DNA of 63,875 bases, the filler included, from Octopus bimaculoides (taxonomy: Eukaryota): assembly GCF_001194135.2 (NCBI RefSeq). It is 7 parts of 6 records of this genome, joined end to end, with 100 filler letters (N's around TTAATTAATTAA, not from the genome) between each part and the next. Parts side by side here need not be neighbours in the genome. Positions count along the whole stretch, not along the records: positions 1 to 5,588 come from NW_026393519.1; positions 5,689 to 13,049 come from NC_068988.1; 5 more parts are not named here. The stretch is one strand, 5' to 3'. Both the position numbers and the translations under genes were made by a program. Shown here piece by piece: positions 1 to 11,100 of the stretch (its first letter is position 1; each line of letters opens with the position of its first letter). Below the pieces are notes generated by a model, which was given only the letters and a program-made list of their open reading frames with translations, did no database searches and was not told the origin of the DNA.

Positions 1-183
1 AAAAAAATAGCGTGCGTGTATTCATACACTGGTCGTTGTGATGAGTAGTAAGTCATCTCAACATCCTAATATTTACACTTTAATTTTGTATTGAGTACTT
101 TGTTTGTAAACTCATGCACATAGAGTTGGTATTGCAAATGAAAATAGAACCTAAAATACGATTGTGTGTGTGTATTTCATCAT

Positions 184-289
184 CAGAAGTTACAAAGTGA
201 GTCAAGGGTGAGAATTTCTGCATGGTACTTAACAAACTTGCTAAGTGCCATGCAGCACGAACCTGTTGGCTCTTGAGTCACTTTGTAAC

Positions 290-294
<5 letters not shown>
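184..294. mobile_element. Small palindromic element (MITE-like), 23-bp terminal inverted arms
   Basis: 184-206 cagaagttacaaagtgagtcaag versus the reverse complement of 272-294: 22/23 match. Confidence 0.6.

Positions 295-332
<38 letters not shown>
293..332. repeat. (TG)n microsatellite
   Basis: Direct reading. Confidence 0.98.
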
Positions 333-335
<3 letters not shown>

Positions 336-711
336 CATGGCAGACATTCCATACATTCTGCTGGTGTTCTGCAGTTTAACATTGATGGCATTTCAATTAG
401 GATTTACTTGTACAGTTTACTTCTCACGATGTCAACCGCGCTTTTTCTTTTTTTTTGCCATGCATGGTCGGAAATATCACCAACAAAGATGTGATGCAAC
501 TGTCCAATTATTAGTATTACTAAGAGATCAGATGAAGGCAAGGACGAGGGAAGAGATGCTTCTCAAATATGTTATATAGTAAATGTAATTATGCGAATTA
601 TATCATAGCTGCATTATGTTTTTACTGTGCACACCCAGGTTGCCATTACGCCCTCATCACACCCTCACACTTAGAGAAATGCATTCGCTTTTCCCTCTCT
701 CCCACACAGCT

Positions 712-793
712 GAAGTTGCAAAGTGACTCTGGGTCCGAGGGTTTGGTTAGTGCCGTGACCAAAACTGTCGGTTTTGAGTCACTTTACAACTTC
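712..793. mobile_element. Second copy of the same small palindromic element family
   Basis: 712-729 gaagttgcaaagtgactc versus the reverse complement of 776-793: 17/18 match; same termini as 184-294. Confidence 0.55.
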
Positions 794-925
794 GACGATT
801 AATATATATNNNNNNNNNNNNNNNNNNNNNNNNNNNNNNNNNNNNNNNNNNNNNNNNNNNNNNNNNNNNNNNNNNNNNNNNNNNNNNNNNNNNNNNNNNN
901 NNNNNNNNNNNNNNNNNNNNNNNNN

Positions 926-1311
926 CTTCCAGTTTCGAGAGGTTAAAAAAGTAAATAAAATACAAGGGAAATAACTGAACGTCTTACCAGTATGATCCGT
1001 ACTACTTTGTTTATAAATAAATCACGTGATTTGATTGACGTTAACTGTTTATATATAAATCACACGTGATTGAATATCATAGTTTCTTATGAGAAATCGA
1101 AAATGCCTCGTGGAAGACCGGCTGCACAACATCTAACCTGAACCCTAAACTTTTATAAAAAAAAAACATTTTAAACTTTTATAAAAAAAATTCCATCGCA
1201 TGCTGTTTTAGAGAAAAAGTAGTACGGATAATACTGGTAAGTTGTTCAGTTATTTCCCTTGAATATTTTTATTTATTTCTTTTACCTCTCGAAACTGGAA
1301 GATTACGTATA
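926..1311. mobile_element. Non-autonomous Tc1/mariner-type element with about 85-bp TIRs
   Basis: Long inverted repeats cttccagtttcgagagg...ccgtactacttt at both ends; the right end is followed by a TA run; internal ATGCCTCGTGGAAGA (MPRGR, like a Tc1 transposase start). The left end runs into a gap. Confidence 0.7.
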
Positions 1312-1999
1312 TATACTCATGTTTTTAGTTTTATTTATCCTGTTTGCATTGTTAAACCTCTCTTTGTGTGTAAGATAACTTAGATATAGATATGTCTCGG
1401 CCAAAGATTGGCCCTCACCATGTCTAACTGAATATAACACCACTTCTCTCTTCCTCTTCCCTCCCCCCTCTCTCTCTCTCTCTCTCCCTCAGGTCCTAGT
1501 TAGCAGAACAAACCTACGTAAAGAAAAAAAAATGTTTTATGAGGGTTACACAAAACATACGATTCATTTGTTGTAAGATTTCCGTGAAAAGCATTGAAAA
1601 TGTTGGAGTGGCCACGGATTTAAGTAACATTTCATGATCTAAATTATGCACACACTCCCAGCTCTCTACACATACTTAAATGTCTTCCTCTTAATATTCA
1701 AACTTGCTTGTTGCAAAATATAAGCGCGCACGTTATCTCTTTTGAATGTTTTTTCGTTTTTACTTTTTCAATTTATCCCTGGAACCTCTGAATCGGAAGA
1801 CATGTTATAATAAATATACTAATTACTACGACTGACATCATAGGTTGTTCAATTTTTTTTTATAGAAGCCCATTCATTACAAGTAATATTTATTTGCTAA
1901 GTTGTCCGAGATATATATTTTAAACGCTCTTCACGTCCAAATAAAACGGAAATGGCTTTTACAAATAAATATCAATGTACGTTGTTTTTTCTTCTTTTT

Positions 2000-2350
2000 T
2001 TTTGTGTTTAATACTTGTTTCAGACATTGAGCTGCAGGCTGCTGGGCAACCCATGAGGAGTTTAGTCGAACACCACTCCAATCCCAAGTACTTATTCTAC
2101 AGATGCATTTTGCCAAACCGCTAAGTTATAGGGATATAAACAAACCAACGCTGCTTTTGAAATGGTGTAAGGACAGGCACACACATATGACAGTCTTCCA
2201 TAATTGGGTAGAATTTTCTGCACCCAATTGATTCACAAGGCATTAGTTGGTCTGGAGGTATTGTAGAAGACACTTGCCCAAAGTGCCACATGAGTGAATC
2301 AGAAACCATGTGGTTCAGAAGCAAACCTCTTAACTACATAGCCATGCCTC
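2000..2350 (-). mobile_element. tRNA-derived SINE, family B, degenerate full-length copy
   Basis: Matches other family-B copies (e.g. 29320-29915, 51098-51487) in head (ggctgtgtggtaagaagcttgcttcc...ttgggcaagtgtcttct) and tail. Confidence 0.7.
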
Positions 2351-2846
2351 TACCTATCTATATTCTGCAACCTTATAGTTTTTATTCATAAAATATATTA
2401 CAAAAAGTTATTTGATCCCCTTTAATTTAACCAACCCCTGTCATGTGACCTGAGCAGTTATGGACTCTGGAAAGCCGAAGTCACCAATGGCAAAGAATAA
2501 TAGTTTCTCTCTTTGTACCTGAAGAGAAACAAAGATATCGCTTTTTGTGGGGAAACTAGGTTATTTGTTTTGTATGAGTGCAATATTTATTAGTTATATC
2601 TTTGGACGGATGAAGACTTATGTGAATTTGAATGAATTTCCTAATCAAAAACACGAATCTGTTTTATCGTTTTATATATTATTCATATTGTCTTGTAAGC
2701 TTTTTACTGTTGGTTTGGAACAATAGCATTCTTAAATCCATATTTCATTTTTCAAGAATTGAATTGAATATATTTGGCACCTGTGTTGCTTTTTTATGTA
2801 TGATTGAATTTGTGTAGGCTTTCCCGCCAAAGGATTTTTGACCATT

Positions 2847-2881
<35 letters not shown>

Positions 2882-2949
2882 ACACAAACCTACATGCGCA
2901 TATACACACATGCTTGTTCTTAACTATCATTCATTGTTTATGCCAGGCC

Positions 2950-3560
2950 TGTGCTAGGACAGTCCTCATCACATGCATGCATCAGCTGACTTTAATTCAA
3001 TGCTCAGCTTGTTTCACAGCTGTCTTGATGTAGGTCAAAGGTACATGTCAATCTATGATGCAGTTTGAATGTATAAAGATGGAGAAAAATGACATGAGCA
3101 TGGTCCATAAGATCAAACTCCACTATTTCTATCCATCTCCTGCATGTCTTCCTCTTTCAGCACCATGTAACAGCAACACCAGAGTTTTCACAAATGTTTC
3201 ATATATGCCTTTCACATGAATTGAGAAACCATCAATTGCAGTCCCTTGGACTCAACTCATCCCTGAGTTTGCAGGTCATTGATAGTCCTGTAAGACATTA
3301 ACAAAAGACCCTTGCACAAAGTTGACTTGGTTCAGTGTTCCCCTGCTGAAAATGTGTGTCATTTGGTATGCCACCATTGCTGTATGATTGTAAGAATCTC
3401 TCTTGAATCTCTCTTTCCTTTTTCACAATGTTTCTCATCGGGAATGGAGCTATGAGGATTACAAGAATCAAATCAAATTGCCATCTTTAATAAATTTAAG
3501 CCAGTTTCCAACTTCTTAAACCTCTGTTATCATGATGGAGAAAGAATTATGTGGATGCAA
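2950..3560 (-). mobile_element. Highly degraded RTE-clade LINE RT C-terminal relic
   Basis: Minus-strand fragments KGIYETFVKTLVLLLHGAE (cf. Y..VR..LLYG.E.W), EDMQEMDRN and a RW.GHV.R-like remnant, with many stops and frameshifts. Confidence 0.5.
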
Positions 3561-4479
3561 ACTGTAGTTTCTCAACAATAAAGGGTGGGGAGGGTGCTAA
3601 AAAAAATTTCCCTAACATTTTAGGTGAGTGGTTCCTGCTATTTTTCATTGATAAATATCTGAATGAGCAGCTGCTTATTATCTCATTTTGTATTCTTGGG
3701 TTCTGAGTTCAATTTCGGCTTTCGCCTTTCACCCCATTGCAGTTTATAAGCACTAATCAATGGAAAATTTTTCTTGTATTGAAAATAATAAATCTTTTTT
3801 TTTTAAGATGTAATTTGCAAATATTCTAGAAGGGAAATTATCAAAGTATTATTCATTATTGTTATGATATCCATGCTGAAGGCTTATTTCAGTGTCTTTT
3901 TCTTTTTTTTTTTTTTTNNNNNNNNNNTTTTTTTTTTTTTTTTTTTGACTTGAATATTTTTTTTTTCCTCTTTTCTATCATAGACATAATTCAGACATTA
4001 CTCTGTATTGTTGCATTGTTTGACTAGCTTAACAAAAGACTTGTTTGCATTATGATGATATTAGTTTCGCCAACATAACAAAATATTTCTTCTGAGCATG
4101 AATGCACACTCCCACACACACAAATACAAAGGACCACATACACACACAAAATATTGTATATTGTATTTTATATTTGCTCATCAAGAAAAAAATATGCAAA
4201 AATAAAATTTCATTCAAAAATATTACTTCATTCAAAAACACAAGTCGTATTTCATTCTAAAGATTATTGCTGTAGGCAAAGATAAGATATCATTCATATT
4301 TTATTTATTTTGTTCAAAATTATTCCCTTTTTATATTTGGTTTTATCTTTTTATTGTTGAGATTTGTTGTTAATCAGTGAAATTCAATTCTATATTGAAA
4401 AACAAGATGGAAATGACTTGCTTTTCTTTTTACCTTCTGCAAGTGTTTTAAATGCTATTTATATAATTTTGTTTTTGAC

Positions 4480-4484
<5 letters not shown>

Positions 4485-4577
<93 letters not shown>

Positions 4578-4621
4578 TTATATATATTTATATATATTTA
4601 TATATATATATTTATATATAT
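4485..4621. repeat. (TG)n followed by degenerate (TA)n
   Basis: Direct reading. Confidence 0.98.
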
Positions 4622-5880
4622 AAATAGACATACACACTTTCTAATCTAGGAGAGTCTATCTCTTGTATTCCCCTGTTTGCACTAACTCCAATATGTATCT
4701 ATAAGAATGTTTGTATCTAGTCGTGATTGTGTGTGTTTTTATGTTGTTATCCCACAAAAACCTCCCATTTATTAGACTGAAACTTATTTCTTTATTCTGG
4801 AACATTCAGTGAAAACAAAAAAAAAAGAAAGAAAAATATAAAAACAACCCTTTGGTTGCAGGGTTTCCAGAAAGGGCAACGAAAATAGAGGCATGTAGGA
4901 TTAGGTGTTTCCATGATTTCTGAATGGCAAATACAATACCTTATCTTCTCGTGTTGTCCGTCCACCTCTCTGTCTCTCCTCACAAACACCTGATCACACA
5001 CATGAAGCACATTAGGATGACTAAATTGACTTCTGAATATATCTGGTACTTGTTTCTTTTACCCAGCATATCTACATGCTATATAATAAACATAAAAAAA
5101 GAGCAAATGTATAACCAAGTGAAGACATTAGGATTTATGCCCACATTTTGAATTAAAGCAGTCGGTGACCAGTGAAAGATTTCACTGTCTCTTCATATTT
5201 CTCTTTGAATGCTCTCATTATAATAATTATTATAAATGTCCTTTTAGATTATAGATGGTTATGAATACGAGATATGATTGCAAACTACTTGGGGATAGAA
5301 AACAAAACTTACTGGGGATGGGGGTAGGCCAGGGCAGTTAATAGTAAGGAGCTCTTTAATTTCACAATCCTCATTACTCATGAAAACAAACCACATTTTA
5401 GTAATATTTCTTCCAAAGTTAATAGTCTCTTCGTTTATAATTGTCTGAGTAATTTATTTTCAGTGATATCTTCTTAATAACCCACTTAAGCTTCTGACTC
5501 CAGGGAAACAGAGAAAAGAATTTTAAAGAGCAACAGATAATTGTCACGAAGGGAGGCAACTTTAAGAGAAATGGCCTGTTTAAGTTGANNNNNNNNNNNN
5601 NNNNNNNNNNNNNNNNNNNNNNNNNNNNNNNNTTAATTAATTAANNNNNNNNNNNNNNNNNNNNNNNNNNNNNNNNNNNNNNNNNNNNAGTAATACTTGA
5701 TATGAGTGTGTGCGCGTGCGGCGGTGTGTGTGATAATCTAATCTTATGAGTTTGTGTGTAAAAATGAGAAAGAGGGAGAAAAAAGAAAGACAGGCTCATA
5801 TACAAAACTTTGGCAACTGTTGGTTTCCCTAAACTTCTCTGACTAAAAGTGCTAACTGAAACAATGAACTTTTGAAATTT

Positions 5881-5950
5881 CTATCTAGAGAATAAAGGCG
5901 AAGAGGGATACAGGTAGTTTTGTAGGTATTCACAGCCTCCAAATAAATTA
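5881..5950 (-). CDS. Terminal coding exon of the same Cys-rich protein (R-NLFGGCEYLQNYLYPSSPLFSR*)
   Basis: Acceptor ttaaactttAG at 5952-5951. Phase 2 is compatible with exon 8016-8103 and completes a C..NxxGGC motif; stop TAG at 5883-5881. Confidence 0.6.
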
Positions 5951-6156
5951 CTAAAGTTTAACGGGCAATGAAATTTGACGGTGGCAAAATGCCATTAAAC
6001 TTGGTTATAAAAACTAACAATTCATATTTTCTCCGTTGGGAAGATTTCCATTTCAGTTCGGTAATTAAGTTATGATCACCCCATTATGAAATGCAGCCTG
6101 TGTCAATATACATACCCCCAGAGCTATGCAAATTAGAATCAATCACGCAAAATATT

Positions 6157-6371
6157 CTTTTCTACTCGAGGCACAAGGCCCGGAATTTTGGGGGAAGGAG
6201 CCAGTCGATTAGATCAACCCCAGTGTGCAACTGGTACTTAATTTATCGACCCCGGAAGAATGAAAGGTAAAGTCGACTTCGGCGGAATTTGAGCTCAGAA
6301 CGTAACGCCAGACGAAATACTGCTAAGCATTTCACCCGGCGTGCTAACGTTTCTGCCAGCTCGCCGTCTTA
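6157..6371 (-). mobile_element. tRNA-derived SINE, family A, young copy with 17-bp TSD
   Basis: TSD caatcacgcaaaatatt at 6140-6156 and 6372-6388; head ggcgagctggcagaaacgttagcacgccggg; conserved core gtcgactttacctttcattcttccggggtcgataaattaagtaccag. Confidence 0.9.
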
Positions 6372-6650
6372 CAATCACGCAAAATATTGCAAGGAGCATC
6401 ATTCCACTGGGATGGTCATTTCCTGACATTGTTAACTGCTGGTGATAGTCACATTGTTCCTGTAGGTGATGAACATGCTATTTATGTATTCATTTATTTT
6501 GTGAAGGACGGACCCGGGTTGACTTTGGTTAACAAAGTCTACCATCAAAAGCTTTTACAGCTGTTGCTATTTCTTGCAATGTGAGCACCCACTTCAGTTA
6601 GTTTGGCAGTTTGTTTATTCATTTATTTAGTATATATCTCCAAAAGGGCG

Positions 6651-7040
6651 GTGGAGGCGCAATGGCCCAGTGGTTAGGGCAGCGGACTCGCGGTCATAGG
6701 ATCGCGGTTTCGATTCCCAGACCGGGCGTTGTGAGTGTTTATTGAGCGAAAACACCTAAAAATTCCACGAGGTTCCGGCAGGGAATGGTGGCGAACCCTG
6801 CTGTACTCTTTCACCACAACTTTCTCTCGCTCTTACTTCCTGTTTCTGTTGTGCCCGTAATTCAAAGGGCCAGCCTTGTTACACTCTGTGTCTCGCTGAA
6901 TATCCCCGAGAACTACGTTAAGGGTACACCTGACTGTGGAGTGCTCAGTCACTTGCACGTTAATTTCACGAGCAGGCTGTTCCGTTGATCGGATAAACTG
7001 GAACCCTCGACGTCGTAAGCGACGGAGTGCCAACAACAAC
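6651..7040 (+). mobile_element. tRNA-derived SINE, family C (Ceph/OR-like), intact copy with 11-bp TSD
   Basis: A box tggcccagtgg, B box gtttcgattcc, CpG-rich body, (CAA)n tail; TSD ccaaaagggcg at 6640-6650 and 7040-7050. Confidence 0.9.
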
Positions 7041-8015
7041 CAAAAGGGCGACGGGCACGACGGACATAATCCTCGATGCATTTCCTCCCGCTCATTACAT
7101 TCAGTGTTCAAATTCTGCTGAGGTCAACTTTACCTTTCATCCTTTCGAATCCATAAAATAAGGACCAGTTGAGTACTAGGGTCGATGTAATCAGCTAGCC
7201 CCTTTCCTTACAAATAATGGTTATATATGGTTTCATATTATAGCAGAAGGTCAGCATTTTCAATGCAAAGAGACTAATCGATTACATCGCGCCCCAGCAC
7301 TAATCTGATACTTATTTCATCGACACCGAAGGGCAAAAGACAAAGTCGACTAGTGGCATTTGAAGTTAGACCGTAAGGAATAGGAAGAAATGCCGCTAAG
7401 CATTTTATCCGGTATACTAACGATTCAGACAGATCACTCCCTTTAATGAGTTCTTTTTAATTGATTCTAATTTGGCCAATTCAAGCAAGAGAGAATAGAT
7501 CACCAGTATGTGTTTATTTTATTGATCCACAAGTCATAAATGACGACCCCGCTACATCTTGCAATGAAAAGATGAAGCGATGGAACCAAATATTGTAAGT
7601 ACTTAGACTAGTGCTCTACAATTCAGCCAGCTGCTTCTAAAATAATACAAGCTTTTTATGACAAGGCATTAAAGCCCAATATATTAAGTGTAAAAGCTGC
7701 GATACCTAAACCCTTTATAAGAACATTATTGGCTTGCAAGAGAGGAAATATTTGTCACTGACTTCAACCACCATGTTTTTTTATTCTACATCGCTTGCTA
7801 ATTTTCAAGAGGTACATTAACAATATTACATTTCAGCATATTTGATTTTACAAGAAATTAATTAACTAAATCCATTTTTTGTTTATTCCTCTTAGAATTT
7901 TCTAGAGCCGTTAGTATTTGTTATAGTTGCCAACATTTGATACAACTGTCAGACGATAAAGAGTCTTATCAGGTAAAAACAGACAACTTTCAATCAATTG
8001 AAATCAATAACTTAC

Positions 8016-8103
8016 CGGCATATGTCAGAATTTGGGATTTCTGAATTGTGGCATGGATTGCTTGCACACCATGGCACTGGTACCCCATCAGGACAAGTCA
8101 CTT
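8016..8103 (-). CDS. Internal exon of an unidentified Cys-rich protein (xVTCPDGVPVPWCASNPCHNSEIPNSDIC-R)
   Basis: Minus strand: acceptor ctattcctttAG, donor CCG|GTAAGT. Only one frame is open; phase 1 in, phase 2 out. Confidence 0.7.
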
Positions 8104-11100
8104 CTAAAGGAATAGAATTAGTTTAATGGAAATATAAACCGTTGAAGCTCATTGGGAAAATCATAGACCGTGGCAATCTCAAAAATAGAAATCAGACGCG
8201 ATCTCAAAAATAGAGATCAGGAATATTTCATTTTGTGATAAAAAGAAACCGGGAAATAATCCACTTTCTTGTTAATTAAAGATAAAACTGATTTAAAGGT
8301 ATTTCGCATTCATTTCTTTTTTTTTTTTTATTAAAAATAGTTTGTTTTTTTAAGAATCTCATTCATCCCAAGAGAAAAATTAATTGCTGCTTTGATGTTA
8401 CACAATGTCTGAAAAAGTATTTGATTAAATTTGCAAATGTGTCATAGTGCAAAAGTAGTATAGTTGTTCTGAACAAAAATTCATATTTTATAGAGAGAGA
8501 AAATATATACTAAAATTAACATTTAGCAGTTCTCTGCAATAATTTCCCGTGAAATAAATATATTATAAATGCACATGAATTATCTTATGAGCACTCACAA
8601 TACATCAGGTCACACATACTCTTTAATCAATAGCCAAAGCTATTTTTCAAGGCAGTGAAGACGAAACTAACGAAGCTGATTCTGTTCCGTATCTCATGAC
8701 AATCAGAAATGTTGTGTTTAGTTTATATATATATACATTCATTTACCAGAAATGTTAAAGGTCATGGCTAGAAGAATAATTTCAATCTTTTTTTTTTTTT
8801 TTCTGGAATCCAATAATTTCTTCCGAGTTAGCACTGTCGTTAAAAAATTTCCGTAATTAAGCTGATGTTTGGAAAAAATTAACATGTTTGGTATAAATTG
8901 GCGTGAAACACACTTCCTGCCATGGATAATCTATACGAAACTAGTGATATTCCGACCAATTGTCTGGATTAAATCTTGATTTGGTAAGGAACAAACTATC
9001 CAATGGATGTAGATGGTTTTCAAAAGGTTTGGTCAATGATAAGAAAACAGCCGAGAGCGTTTGGAGTGTCTGTATGTCTGGAATATGGATAAGTGTAAAT
9101 ACTAACATGTGAAGACAATTCAGAATAGAAAAAAATTCAGCCTCATCGAGTGTATTGATGTACAAAAGGTGTTTAGGCCAAGAGGAGTGCTTGCATAGAA
9201 ATCAAGGAGGGAGAAAATTATAGAGAAAGGCGGGGTGATGAGCGAAAAAGAGAGAGAGAGAGAGAAGAGAAATGGTGAGAGGGAGATAGTGAGTTGGTAG
9301 CTGAAAGAATTCGGAAATAAACAGTTGAAATTCTACATTTCATTTTCGGCAGAATTCTGGTGGAATTTTCAGAATGAAAAATTCTTTTTTAAATTTTTCG
9401 ATTTTTTTTTTTTATCAGTCCGAGATTTTGGCTTAAACCCCAGTAATAAACCATTAAACGTATTTATAGAGAGAAAGATAGTGAAAAGTAGAGTGACAAA
9501 GAAGCGAGGACGGTATCAGGTGGTCCTGAGATGTGCTAAAAGTAACAGCTAAATAACCCTTAAATCATACGAATTTTTTTTTTTTTTGCATAATCGTATG
9601 AATTCCCGTTTGTAGAACACAAATCGTAAAACTTTTCTGAAAATTCAGAAAAGTAAAAATAAGATTATGAGGGGTTACATGGGGTACTTAAACCAGAATT
9701 CCGCCTCATTTTCTTCGTTAGTGATCGGTAGAAGAAACTCAAAATATCTTTCATTTTTTACTTATTTCATCCATTGAACTCCGGCCATTAAGGGTTTTTA
9801 ATCGAACAAATCAATACTAGTACTTCTTTTTTTTTTAAATCAGCAACTTATTCTATCGGTTCTTTTGCCGAATCACTAGGTTAGGGTGACGTAAAGAAAC
9901 CAAAACCGGTTGGTTGTCAAGTAGTGGTGGGGACAAATCCACACATATATGTATATATACAACGGGCTTCTACACAGTTTCCGTCTATCAAACTCTCTCA
10001 GCCCGGGGCTATAGTAGAAGACTCTGGAACTGAACCTGAGACCACCTAATTGCAAAGCTAGCTTCTTAGCCACACAACTTTGCCTCCATTTATATCTCTT
10101 TTTTACTCTTTTACTTGTTTCAGTCATTTGGTTGCGGCCATACTGGAGCACCGCCTTTTAGTCGAATAAATCATCGTTCAGAGCTGACTAGAATCCATTG
10201 CAATAAACTTGAATCCTTGACGTAGCTTAAGTTTCCCCTTAGCACGACAATATTGAAACTCCGGATTTTGTCTAGTTAAACCGTTTTATACTCTTCCATA
10301 AGACTACTTATAGATGTAGATATGCTATGCCTTCAAAATAAATTACATCCATACGGTAAACAGTATACCCAACCACTTTTCAAACACATTCGATTTTCGT
10401 TTCTTATTAACATCATCATGAAAACATAAAGCGTGACGAGAAAATTATCTCACTGTTATCCCAGCGGACGTATGTTCTTTTACTCCATATGTTCATTCCT
10501 TCGGTATTGTCTCAATAAATTTGTATTACATCTACCCTCGTTTATGACGGGAAAAACGTGTTGAATGAATCAGCGACAAGTGAATAATACAACATATATA
10601 GAAAAAAAATAGGTTTCATTCCAAGACCCCCGGCTGTTCCCAAATAACATCCCCAGACAGTTTTAAATCCACATAATGGTATTGTGTCATGGTTGGAATG
10701 ATATTTAAAGTAAAATTTCATGATAAAAATGTAAAAGTGAGAAATATTATGTTTTACTGTTCGCTGGTGACATATTGATGGGTAGGTTTACGTAAATCCG
10801 TGTAAAAATACGCATCTTCGTAGCACGGTCATGTAAACAGGAGCAATAACCAGTGCATTACGGGTAGTTGCAGATTTCTCACTAGAAGTTAATTTTCTTG
10901 ATGTTATTTGATTATTAAATAGAAAATTTAATCTTTGTGTGTGTTTTTTTTTTGGGGGGGGGGTAAAGTTTATGGACAATGTTTCATAAGCTGTTATATA
11001 AATATTTCTTCTATTCGGTTTCAAGTGTAGATATTTGTAATGATATTTATAATATATTATTTTGGAGCAATGAAAATACACAGAAAATATAAATACACAA

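Noticed and set aside
5633-5644. TTAATTAATTAA between N runs (also 13094, 24386, 46415, 48748, 61069)
   Set aside because: Identical all-frame-stop 12-mer always centred in gaps: an assembly linker, not biology.
6373-6459. C-type-lectin-like words (EQC, WNDAPC) on the minus strand
   Set aside because: They lie in different frames, with stops in the WNDAPC frame; too little evidence to call even a pseudogene.
8599-8639. 41-nt minus-strand segment with an acceptor and a GTGAGT donor
   Set aside because: Stops in all three frames before a late ATG, and it gives TAA when joined to the main acceptor at 8103; could be non-coding, not supported as CDS.
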